DNA of 62,984 nucleotides, filler included, from Lenisia limosa (taxonomy: Eukaryota; Protista; Breviatea), in the NCBI GenBank assembly GCA_001655205.1. It is 7 parts of 7 records of this genome, joined end to end, with 100 filler letters (N's around TTAATTAATTAA, not from the genome) between each part and the next. Parts side by side here need not be neighbours in the genome. Positions count along the whole stretch, not along the records: positions 1 to 23,304 come from LPNZ01006543.1; positions 23,405 to 31,222 come from LPNZ01008214.1; 5 more parts are not named here. One strand, given 5' to 3'. The notes under the pieces were generated by a model. The model did not search any database, had not been told where the DNA came from, and saw only the letters and a program-made list of their open reading frames with translations. Position numbers and translations under genes: made by a program. Positions 14,401 to 26,420 of the stretch are shown in pieces; within the stretch, counting starts at the first letter, position 1, and the number at the start of each line of letters is the position of its first letter.

Positions 14401-16748
14401 TGTTACTGCTGCTCCTGCTGATGTAAGGAGAGGGCACAGATCAAGGGGTTGTGTAGATAATCAGTTGTGGTGGACATTTTAAACTTATTGACTTCTCTAG
14501 ACTGCCGGCAGAGGTATCCCATCAAAAACAAAACGATCCGGCTGGATAGTCCAGGTCAGAAGGAGTTCACGATTTTTTGTTTTTAAATGTTCATATTTTC
14601 CTTCCTTTTAAACCATCATTTGCAAAAATGTTGTCAACTGTTGTGGCGGAATTGTTTTGACAAACCAGCCATCCACCACCCACTCTTTTTGCCAATCTCT
14701 AGAACATATTATTGAAGTTGTATTAACGACAGTGCAGACGTACACTGTTATGAAACGCGCTGGAAGGCAATTCCTCAGAGATAGGTAGGTGCAGCTCACT
14801 TCCTTCAAAGTAGACAAGAATGCAGAAGACCCATTTTCTTCACTCTCCAGATCCCTCGTGATAGGCCACTATCTTTCTGCCATTGCATTTGGCGCCATTT
14901 TGGCCTGGTTCTTCTATGATCTCAAGCTTGACGAGAGCGGTCCGGGGGAGGGTGTGTGTCTGTGATCTTTTCCGGATTAGCATGGCTGTAACCCACTTTC
15001 GTTGCCAATTATTTGCCTCAAAATTGCCGTTCCGTTCAATGTTAGCACCCACATTCAATTTTCTCCAAGACTTTACAATAAACTAATGAATCAAATTTAG
15101 TGGAACATACAGAATCTTTCAGTATGTCCTTTCACTCCATTCTGACCTTCAACTAACATTTCTCAGGACTGCAGAACCGTGTGGGACTGTTCTTCTTCCT
15201 CTCTGCTCTGTTTTGCCTCTCCACGCTGTCAGTCCTCGATATCTTTGTTGTTGACCGCCCAATATTTAGACGCGAGAGAGCTGCTGTTGGCGGGTACAAC
15301 TTACAACTTATATCAATAAACTATTCTGAAATTCCTGTTTTGTTGGAGAAATTGTATATAATTATCTCTCACCATATTGTACATGACACAAGATCAAATG
15401 TTGAATAATGACTCTTTTATTGGAACGTTTTAGGGGTTTTACTCATCATCATCGTATTTCTGCGGACGTGCTATTGTGGACCTAATTTTCCTGCGTGTCC
15501 TCCCACCTATCATTACGGGCGCTATTCTCTACTACGCTGTCGGCTTGAACGTCTCAGGTCTGCATGACTCATCTTGGTTAATTGATCATGTTTTAGTGGT
15601 ATTCATAAGTGCTTTATGTTTTGTTTTTTTTCATATTATCTTTTCAGAATTAAAGATGTACTTCAGGTTACTTAAAACCATGTATCTCTTTCTCTTCGTT
15701 TTCTTTAGTGTGTTATTCTCATCATATATTTTTGCCTCTTGCAGAGTGGCACAGAGTCGGCATCTTCTTCCTAGTTCTCACAGCGACTTCGGTGATAGCC
15801 ACTGGCCTCTGTCTTGGTGGGGGGGGGGTAATCCTAATCAATGTCTATTCATGGGACTTTTTCCCCATCACACCCATCAATCAAGCACCAATCACCCTAC
15901 CCTGTCAGGCTTGAGTGCGTTTGTTCCCTCCGTCGGGGTGGGGTCGATCCTAGCTTCCTTCATTATTTTGGTCCTCCTGCTACTTTGCGGCTTTGTTTTG
16001 GTGGGTTGGCTCAAATTCATACATCATGTCTAGATTAACTATATTATAATCCAATATCTCGTAAGCGTAATGATGTGGACGGCTTCGGGCAGATACAACC
16101 TTCTTTTCTATTTCTCATTGCTAATATATATGTGTGTATGAAGGCACCACTCATTCACATCCATAGAACAAGGATGAAGCACCTGCTCTAGTCAAGTTTG
16201 TCAGTAAAGTCACGCCATTCTCCTACAGCTATGAAGGTGGGAGCTTGGCTTCAGCTTACATATGTAATACCCCCCTCCCTCACTGACAAACTGAATGATG
16301 GGTTTTATTGATTGTGTGTATGGGGAAGGGAACCGACTGTTTTACCATCTAATCAGCAAAACGCCTTTGTGTTGCGGCAGCTTTGGTGAGGTTTTTATAT
16401 TTATTTAAACACCATACCTTCATTCACGCCTTACAGCCATGCTTGTCAACGAGGTGTCCAACCTGAACCTCACGTGGGTGTATCACGGCGGCTCGTGGCC
16501 TCTTCCTCCTCGAGATGCTCTGGCCATGTTTGGCTTCGACGTCGATAGATTATGGGACGATTTGAAGGTATGTGCAAGATTCTCGGAATTCCTTTCGCAG
16601 CTTTTCAAACTTGATTTGACCACCCCACAAAAAGGGCTAAAAACAAACTCCTCTAACCTCCCTTTAGGTTCTTCCTGCCTTTGTGATGGCGTTCTTTGTT
16701 TTTGCTCTAATAATTTTGATTACTACCACGCGCTACCACCGTCGGTAG
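2473..16748 (+). CDS. ABCG-family transporter: signal peptide, EGF-like Cys-rich ADP1-type ectodomain, TM, NBD1, TMD1, NBD2, TMD2 (about 55-60 exons; could be two adjacent genes split at about 9865)
   Basis: N-terminus [16 protein letters not shown] then [17 protein letters not shown] and ADP1-like FWRH..AFNC and [11 protein letters not shown]1: GESGSGKTT (about 4920-5050), ISTGE, IFLDEP, LHQPR. TMD1: [31 protein letters not shown]2: GESGAGKTT (about 11000-11020), ISGGE, IFLDEP, LHQPR. TMD2: [19 protein letters not shown]; ends TTRYHRR* at 16746-16748. Confidence 0.9.
16037..16123 (+). repeat. Dispersed intronic repeat, 'UUCG' family (core GTGATGGTGTGGACGGCTTCGGCCAGATACAACC)
   Basis: Matches 44625-44715 (+) over about 85 bp; cores also at 27705-27770 (+), 23195-23240 (-), 33310-33362 (-), 49228-49262 (-), 62778-62850 (-). 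Confidence 0.85.
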
Positions 16749-16950
16749 CTGAATTTTGTGGCTGTTACAAGATAACAGCGTTGATGAATGTTTACTGTTT
16801 CTTTTCACATTTGGGGAAAGGCTTTCCTCTTTCATGAGCGCACTAACCTCTTATAGAGAAGGGTGGGGGGTGGAAGGTTTCGAGACATTAGCATCAGAAA
16901 ATCAAATGACCTAATGTGAACCACTTGAACCAAAACAGCATTCATCAATT

Positions 16951-19900
16951 CTACCAGACGTCAAGTCCATAGCGGCCGGTTCTCTGCATCTTTGCCAGGG
17001 CCTTTTCGGCTACCTCCTCCTCCACACCACCATGGTTGACCTGCAAGAGTTATACCAGGGTACCTACTCTTATGTTTATCATCACATGATATTACAGTAG
17101 TATGTACTTTTTTGCAAGCGAAATTGAGCAAGAAATAAAGGGGAAAAAAAAAAAACCAAATAATGGAGTTGAGAGAAAAGTTATATTGGACAAAAAGGGT
17201 GTGTTACTTTTTGAGGTAAATCAATTCACTAAATAACAGACCAAAGGACCCACTTGGAATTTAACAAGCATCTTGTGGACATTTTTGGCCATGTGCTCAG
17301 CATCACTACCAGAGTAAAAGGCTGAACTCAACAATAGACGAAACAATCTGAGCCCAATATTACTCCCACAGGACTCACCCGCAGATGTAGACATGGCCCT
17401 TCTCAAGGAAAATCAGGCGGTACAGCTCCTCTGACATTGACGACATTAAATCTGTTACGTAGAGCTTCTTCTCCTTAAAATGGTCACGGGATTCGTTGTC
17501 ATTATTCTTGGAAAAATAGGGGGGGGGGGGGAATNNNNNNNNNNNNNNNNNNNNNNNNNNNNNNNNNNNNNNNNNNNNNNNNNNNNNNNNNNNNNNNNNN
17601 NNNNNNNNNNNNNNNNNNNNNNNNNNNNNNNNNNNCACCAGAAACCATGCCCACAGATTCCCTGGAGAAAGCGGTGTGAAGGGCCACAAGGCCAGATTCA
17701 GCCCATTTGTTGAGACGGTCGCCATGAAGAAACTCCGTGCGATAGCGGTTTCCTGGAGGTGGGGGTCAATAATTGTACATAATATGAGGAGAGAGACTTG
17801 GTCCAAATACCTCCCAGCAATTTCAAAAAAAAATGTCAACTGAGGACCAGTTGATACAGAATAAATCAGAACTAAGCTTCCTACCAGTGAAGAGATGCAT
17901 AGGACCGACATCTTGGCCTGCGCTTTTGGCTGGAGGGATAAATCACAAAATTTGTCATGAAAACAAACGAAGTATATGTTTGGTGCTTAGAATATTCCAT
18001 CAACAGCCTAACAGCCCCGTCCATACAGCCTGTGCCACCTCTAAGAGACTGCGTACATCTATCATATCACATTCATCAAAACATTGAATATTGAAATATA
18101 AGTTTATCCAATTCAAGACAGAGTAAAATAAAGGAAAACCATGGTAACCACTCCACAGCATACCGACAGAGCGGTTTTCGAGGAAGCCAATGAAGGGAGC
18201 AATGCCACTGCCGGGACCGATCATGACCACGGGAACTGTGGTCTTGGCGGGGAGGCGGAATTGCGATCTAATGATCAGATACTGGCATACGAGTGATGGA
18301 TTGCTTGAAATGATATCTCAAAGGACATCGTTAGTAAGTGTGCTGATAAAGCAACAACAAAAATTACCTTCGGATAAAATGCAAAATTGAATGTAGCCTG
18401 CTAACAAAGTTGCAAACTTTTTTATAGCAGGGGCAACACAAACCTGCGAATGAACATTGGGACAATGTCTCCTTGTTTGAGCCCAGACAGCCTAAGTAGT
18501 TAGGCTTTAGTTTTTTGGCAATTATTAATGGTATTCTACAGATCAAGATCAATAGAATATATTTATCGTTATTTCACTTGTCTGTATAACGCAGCACCAG
18601 TAGAATAACAAAGTAATCAGTTAATAAACTACATTCACATTCCTTGACCCACACACCATCCCGAGCAAAGACCGGTGACATTCTTGTTGCCCTTCATCCA
18701 TGATGCAACACCAACACTGATCACCACGCGTCCTTCTTTGTACTGAATCGGTAACACCAAAGTAGCAGCAAGAAATGGAATCTCAAAGTTCCCGAAAAAG
18801 CGAAATCTCTCAATAAATCTTTTGTATATCCTTCTTTTTCCATCGAGAAAGAAACATTGGAAAGAATTAAATATTTGAATATACAATATGACAAAATTTT
18901 ATCTTGGACGAGGGAAAAGCGAATAATAGCATGTTCAAAGGACAATTAGGTATAATATGTCATATCATATCATAAATAAATCTGATAATAGGACCCACCT
19001 TGAGAGATGAAGAAATGGAATAGAATCGCGCTTGGAGAGGAGGGCAAACTTCAAGGAAATGCCCGAATGGAATCTACGAGAGTAACAGGTTAATCAGAGT
19101 CTCTTCTAGTACATGTGGAAATGAGGAAATAGATGGTTCATCTGTAGAAATAACAAGGGATCCATCTGCGAAGCTGTATTAACAGTAAATGTACACAAAA
19201 TCTATTTCATTCAAGGTAAACAATGATAGAAATAGCAACGAAAAGTCCCAGCAAACCTTGACAGAAGCAAACTTGGTCATGATATCAGAGACAGACAGCA
19301 TTTTATCCCCAATTTCAGCATCAAACTTGACCTACAAAAACAAATTAATAAAGAATTTAGAATGGAAAACACATGGGATACAATCCACCTTCCTCAAGGG
19401 AATGCATACGTTGGGAGAAGTCAGGAGGAGGGAAGCAGGTCTGTCACCAACCTTGGACTCTGCAGAGGTCGACGCCAAGGCCTGGAGTTCCTCGTTTGCC
19501 TCAGTGCCTTCAGTGTAGACAGCGAGGGCCATCAGAAGGTCCTGAGCAGTGATGAAATACCAAAATTTTTAAAGTCAAAAACTATAATGTTATCACCGTA
19601 TCGTTCAATTGTATAGTTGTGCCACTACACTAACGCCTCATCCCAATAATAAAGTTTCATTTTATGAAATACCGTTTTGCTTTTCAAAATAGGATCGCCT
19701 ACCTTGGTTGGAGTAGCCATTAGATCAACGTTGTGTGTAAGCAGCGTCCGCGCAGTGGCCGCGTTGAAGAGCTTCTTGTCTTGGGAGGGTGACGATGAAA
19801 CAAAGGAAATTCCGATGAAGAATTTTCGCGTAAAGGTGCTAATCATAAACTGATGGTGAAAAATGGGGCATGGGTGCAAAAAAAAACTCATTTGGAGAAG

Positions 19901-22900
19901 TAGTTGAGACAGCACCAACTTTTGGTTTCCGGATCTGTGGATTCAAGTGTGACACAGGGGTTATCCAGAATGTCGAACCTGATGGGTGAAAAACCAATTA
20001 TGATGTTAAGAACATGAGAAAAAAATTCAAGGTGGAGCAAAGAAAAACAACGGACATTATTCGGATCGTACAGATCACATTAAATTGCCGAGCAACAGAG
20101 CTGTTGAATATTATGGACCACGATTCCGTGCTGCCCATCCAACCGAGTCATCATAGCCTCGACAACTTCCTTCGGGTTTGATGCGTAAACGCCAACATGG
20201 TCACCTGCTACATACCTGAGACCGTGAGCCCCTATATTCTCCATTTTTTGTGCTATTATCTTTGTCTTTTGTACCTCCCTTTATCTGTAAAAAGAAATAT
20301 TTTTGCTAATACGGGTATCTAGGGAGCAGGTGAACAATTTTCTGATGTTGTTTTAAAATGTATTGCATCATGGACGCGAGGTACTTCTTAACAGAATGAA
20401 TCCTGCATCTGATAATCAACTCCTCGCCAATACATCCCTCGCACTTGGCACGTCCGCCCGAAGTGTCCAACGCAACTTCCACGTATTTGCGAGCGTTGCC
20501 ATCCTGCACAGTTAAATTAGGCGCCATAACAAATGGTATTCAAATGAGACGGACCTCCCCTCTCCTGATAGTTCAGGGATGCTTAATCGTGTTAACTTAT
20601 GTTTGGAAGATTGCACAGCCCTCAATATTCCGACCTGATGAAGTGGAGAAACAGAAATGACAGGAGCATAGAAGGGTCTGTCAGGCTTCACCATTCTGAA
20701 GTATGAGAGATGATCCATTCTGGATTTTTGTGATGGGACAAACTGTGAATAGAAAACAAAATTAACGCCTGATGAACTCAAAAGAAAACCTTGAACATTG
20801 AACATTAGTTTCCACTTTTCAATTGTAAAACATACGAATGATATGATCTATGTATCTTCTATTGTCCGCAAACGACATCATCTCCTTGCTTACGCCTTGG
20901 CATCGGTGGGAGGCGGGTACACAGGAGCCTCGTCGGTTGGGGCAAGGGTGCAGATGTACTGGGGCTTTCCAAAGGCGGTGCGCGCCGCAGCATCGTAGTC
21001 AACCTAAGACAGGGGGTAANNNNNNNNNNNNNNNNNNNNNNNNNNNNNNNNNNNNNNNNNNNNNNNNNNNNNNNNNNNNNNNNNNNNNNNNNNNNNNNNN
21101 NNNNNNNNNNNNNNNNNNNNNNNNNATAAACTGTAAGAGCATCCATTATGTATGACCCTATTTGGTGGCCGATTCAAAAAGTTAAGACAGGACCTCTCAG
21201 ACCCACCATCAGTGTATATCCCTCCCCCACATTAGCCGCTGCACACGCTGCCGGCCACAATCCAGCCCTCCACGTCATAAAGTCCTCGTCAAGACTGGTG
21301 GAAGCGTCACCAAGGCCGAGGTCGTAGAACTGCGGAGTCATGGGTGTTTTATGTGCGGGGTAGTTGCGATAGGTGGCGTACAATGCGGATAGTGTATCGA
21401 AGTATGTAGATGCAGAGGTTTATTAAAGTGTGAATGAGAAACGTGGGCGGGAAATGAGACTCAAAAAANNNNNNNNNNNNNNNNNNNNNNNNNNNNNNNN
21501 NNNNNNNNNNNNNNNNNNNNNNNNNNNNNNNNNNNNNNNNNNNNNNNNNNNNNNNNNNNNNNNNNNNNNNNNNNNNNNNNNNNNNNNNNNNNNNNNNNNN
21601 NNNNNNNNNNNNNNNNNNNNNNNNNNNNNNNNNNNNNNNNNNNNNNNNNNNNNNNNNNNNNNNNNNTGTTTCCTTAGCCTGTCTCGTACCAACCCTGTAT
21701 CCTTATTATGGCTCTCCAACCAACCCTGCAGCCGCCATTGGCTTCCAATCCGGCATCGAATCTTCGAGCACTTCTGTTGAAACGTTCGAAGCGGCGAGAC
21801 CCACAGCCGAATACAGCAAACCTAAGGGTATCATACACTTTGAAGATGACAAATTGTTAGATTATATAAATATTCCTAATAATGTCGACAAACATATGAT
21901 ATATTATTGGAATGACAGAGCCTTCATGTATGTACCCCTCAGTACCTGCTCACATCTAAAAGCCCAATCATCTTTAACCACTCACTTGCTTGATGAGCAG
22001 TCAAAGCCTGCAAGAATCTTCTTCAGAGACTCATCAGCATCATCACTGGCTTCTCCTGGGGGGGGGGGGTAAAATTGAAAAATTTATGAAACAAAAAAAA
22101 ACCAAATCAACTCTGCTGNNNNNNNNNNNNNNNNNNNNNNNNNNNNNNNNNNNNNNNNNNNNNNNNNNNNNNNNNNNNNNNNNNNNNNNNNNNNNNNNNN
22201 NNNNNNNNNNNNNNNNNNNNNNNNNNNNNNNNNAAATTTCTTGAGGTAGTTAATGTTGAAAATTACTAGGTAAATATGATATATGGAGTGAAATAAGAAT
22301 ATTATCTTTGAAAAGGAGCATCGTAGAGATAGTTAAAAAATCGCCTGTCGGAGTAGCAATCTCACCGTCTCCGAACGTTGAAACTACAAAGATGGCAGTG
22401 GCTGAGCCTGTCATGATTTCAGTCTAAATGAAGGTAAAAACATGGTTTCATTTGAATGGTGACCCACATTAAGTGCCTTATCCCCTCACCACATCAACAG
22501 TGTCAAGGCGCGCAGCTTTCGACGCGAACCCCAAACGTCTTCCTTCACTGGCCAAACGGAGGGCAAATCTGGACGGTTATGGAAGCAAAGATTTTGGGAT
22601 TGATAAGCAAAAACTATCCAATGTTGGAGGATTTGTTTGCGTATATGATGACATGCTACAACCCACCTTTCACTGTTTCCGCTCTGAGAACCGAAAAGGA
22701 CACGTAAGACAGGCTGAATAATAAAGCAATGCCAATCAGAAAGAATGGCAGAAGGTATGAAGGAAAGCCTTTGTTCAATCATTACGTTTGAAATACGTTG
22801 ACCCGTATCCACTTGGGATATGATCAGCTGACAGACTCCAGAGCCGATACGGATGAACGAAGATAAAAAAGCCTATTAGATTCATTGCACGAGTACGTCG

Positions 22901-23046
22901 TATCATTGCGTAGTTCACACGTGCGAAAATGACCCAAAAGCAATATTGTATACATGTACAATAATTACAATTCCAAACCTTGTCACTGGTTTCCTCGGCC
23001 ACAATAGAGCTTTCACCCTCCTGTTGTTCGGACGAACTATGACGGT
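16951..23046 (-). CDS. Diflavin (FMN/FAD/NADPH) oxidoreductase of the cytochrome P450 reductase family; 5' end incomplete
   Basis: Exons encode [13 protein letters not shown] (about 22680-22720), [90 protein letters not shown], ending GRYGLDVW* (stop 16951-16953). Confidence 0.92.
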
Positions 23047-23304
23047 TACTTATTTATCAATTCTGTTCGTTTAAAAGAGCCGCATTTCTTGTTAAATTAT
23101 CGATAAATAATAATTTTTTTCAGGAATATCAAGGCACTGAGGAAGGCTTCTTGCTGAACACATTTGTCCGTGCTGAGAAAAGAGAAACCAAACAAAAGTT
23201 GCATATTGCCGAAGCCGCCCACACCATCACATTTGAGTATCGATCTGCCTCAGAAATTGTGGAATCCTCTGTAAATTCTTTGATCCAAAAAAAAACGAAA
23301 TAAT

Positions 23305-23404
23305 NNNNNNNNNNNNNNNNNNNNNNNNNNNNNNNNNNNNNNNNNNNNTTAATTAATTAANNNNNNNNNNNNNNNNNNNNNNNNNNNNNNNNNNNNNNNN
23401 NNNN
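23305..23404. other. Artificial contig-joining spacer N44-TTAATTAATTAA-N44
   Basis: Exact 100-bp construct with stops in all six frames; repeated identically six times in the window. Confidence 0.97.
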
Positions 23405-23786
23405 GGTTTGAATGGTTGGTGATCTATGATCTACAGGAGATCAATAATGTCTTGGTATTCCATTATGAGCAGGTTTTTTTAAATTATAAAACATAAGTAG
23501 TAAAACACCGTTTTCTTTTTGACTTGGAAACCAAATTGAGAAGCAAAGCCTGATAACACGAAATATCAAACCAGAGTATCTAATTTTATCAATGTAAGTA
23601 CCTGGGGTCCCATTTGATCATTTCTGACACAAGTAACAAACACATAAACTACACCTTTATTTTTTATTTCTCACTGCTTATATATACATATATATATAGC
23701 TATATAATATATATGATGGTATCAAAATGCCCACTCTACATGTACCCATGACACCCCCCTTCCCACCAAGTGCGGATCTTGCTTTT

Positions 23787-26111
23787 TCATAGCCTTAGGC
23801 ATTTCAATCCGTTTCTCATACGCTTCATGCTCAGGCCTGGTGGGTTATGAGGAGTAGGCTCTTTAGTATGACGGTACTTCTTTGTGAAGCTTGATATGTT
23901 GATATATGTTGCTGTACCATGTCTAGTTGGGCGATGATGTGCTCGACTTTCGCGTTGATTAAGAGCATTATTAGACACGAAGTAGTATGGATAGACATGA
24001 AGTAGTGTTGATACCAGTATTGATAGACATGAAGTAGTATCTCCGTCTGCATGATAATGTGATTAAACATTAATTCACCCAAAAATTGTCCTTTTTCAAA
24101 TCAACGTAAAATAATGCAATACAATTTCAGCAATTAGATCATGAAAATGTTCATATCCCTGCACAATAACCCAAGTAGAGGAGACGTATGCTAGCAACGT
24201 CTGTAACAGATTTTTAAAACACTGACACGATGAACAAACATTAAGGATTAAGGTCTATTATTCATGGTACCGATTTGTTAATCTGCTCTCCCCTCATCCT
24301 CCCCCAAAATATCCGAAGCAAACCTCAGGTGCATAGCCTGCTTGTAGACTCTTTTTTCAGCCACCATGGGCTCGGGGGAACTTGGTCTCGCCCCTTCAAT
24401 GGGTTTGATCTTGTATGAGCCCTAATAATTAGAGATTTAGAGTCAATTGATCTGTCACATTTACAACATACTTCCCAGCAGCTTTTGTTACTGTAAGTCA
24501 GATCTAATCACTAACTATATCTTGTAACTCATCATTAACAACACCTTATAATCATCATTAACAACACCTTATAATCATCATTAACAACACCTTATAATCA
24601 TCAATAACAATACCTTATAATCATCAGGGTCGTCCACCGGGGGATCGCGGTAAGTTGGTGCCTCATAGGGGGATAACTCCCTTTTAACTGCTTCCTGGGG
24701 TTGTGCGTTGAGGAAGCTACCTCTAACCTAAAACACAATTAAAAATCTCACCAATCAAAGATTCATTCAGATTGAAATTTGCTCCTACCATACTGAAATA
24801 ATGATGCGTTTCTAAAGTGTTTTTTGTAGAAATGAGCCTGTACTATGTTCAGTATGCAGTATATTATGTTGTCGGTACCAAAAAGACTGAATATTTTACC
24901 GGTCTTTTTCAATCCGCAGGGAAGCTAACCAGGTCAAAAATATATAATCTGTTGGAGTGGAAATCCGATTTCAATCTCTTCACACACCGATATCAATCTC
25001 AGATTGCAAGTAACTCTTGAGATGATTGGGGGTTCAACAAATGACCAATTCAGTATTCTCTCCGACTCCATCTGTCCCTTTATTTACTTGTTTCATTACC
25101 AACTTTACTCACCCCACCTGTCCTTGGGGTTTAGTCTCTCCAAATTCGGCCTTGATCGTTTTGACCTCCTCCTCNNNNNNNNNNNNNNNNNNNNNNNNNN
25201 NNNNNNNNNNNNNNNNNNNNNNNNNNNNNNNNNNNNNNNNNNNNNNNNNNNNNNNNNNNNNNNNNNNNNNNNNNNNNNNNNNNNNNNNNNNNNNNNNNNN
25301 NNNNNNNNNNNNNNNNNNNNNNNNNNNNNNNNNNNNNNNNNNNNNGAATAACGGAAGCAAAATAATAATAAACAAAAAAAAACCCTAGTTCCAACATGTC
25401 AAATTCTATGAAGAGCTTAATGCAACAACCCCCCCAACCTTAAAAGCCTTGTACTTCTCGATCCTTCTCTTCCCGGCCAGGAGTCGGAGTTTCTTCTCTT
25501 TCATGCGCTTTGTCTTGGCGTCATGCCCCCAGCCCTCAGCACTCACAAACGCATCGAAAGCTTCACACTCGTCTAGTGGCTTAGCCTCCCCTTCTTCGCC
25601 TTCTTCTTCTTCTTCTTCTTCTTTATATCCCTTATCGTAGTCTTCATTTTCATCTTGCTCATAATCTTTACTGAGCCCTAATAGATCAGTACAAGCACTC
25701 CATATCACACACGCATCATCCGTTAGTCAACATCACAATACACCACTAAATTTTATTTTACTGTTTTTTGAAATACCCCCATTTAAGATGTCTTTTGCCA
25801 AAATTAAAGACTATTTTTAAATCATATTACATCGAGAGAGTGTGGTATAAGATATCACGAATATTCAGTTAAGACTATGATTAAAGCTGACAAACCTCCC
25901 TGGTGTGTCTCATGTTCCATCTCGAAATCGAATGTCCGCAGCTCCTCCATCGGTTCCGGAGAGGGAGTGATGCGGTACGAGCGAGCTGCAGGCTTGGGAA
26001 CAGGATCGCGCGGAGGTGGGGTTTTGGCATCTGCAGGGTCGAAGACCGCGACTAGCAAGGTGTAAGTCTAAATTAATGCCAATAAGTGCTACCTCCATTA
26101 TCGTTGGCCAT
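23787..26111 (-). CDS. Hypothetical multi-exon protein, acidic/Pro-rich
   Basis: ATG at 26111 (MANDNG), then a short GT-AG intron into VAVFDPADAKTPPPRDPVPKP. Further exons: DYEQDENEDYDKGYKEEEEEEE...RRIEKYKAFK (about 25440-25680), 25110-25170, 24620-24725, 24325-24420. The 3' end is uncertain. Confidence 0.65.
24531..24626. repeat. Tandem 23-bp repeat x4
   Basis: ATCATCATTAACAACACCTTATA repeated. Confidence 0.9.
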
Positions 26112-26420
26112 CTCTGCAGCGGTGAAAGCCCCCAAAGGCGCCTAAAAATCAGCGGATCTCTTCGTATAAATAGTTTCAGGAGATCTCTGCAAGCTAAACT
26201 AAAATACTTCGTGTTTCTTTATTGCTATACTGCTATATAACTGCCAAAGAGGAATTCTCGGGAAATTCGCTCTAATAAAAGGGATATAACAGGCGGGGTT
26301 TATATAGTATTAAATAGTTTTTTGTGTTGTTACGTTTTTGATGAGACTGGCTCGTGAAAGGTATAAAGTATAATAAAAAACAGCTACTAGTCACTGAAGA
26401 AAGGGCACGAGATCGACAAA
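26112..26420. promoter_or_regulatory. Probable bidirectional promoter (309 bp between divergent ATGs)
   Basis: ATG at 26111 (-) and ATG at 26421 (+); AT-rich with TATA-like runs. Confidence 0.45.

Noticed and set aside
23349-23360. TTAATTAATTAA palindrome recurring six times, as a possible biological repeat or recombination site
   Set aside because: Always centred in exactly 44 N on each side; an assembly linker with six-frame stops.
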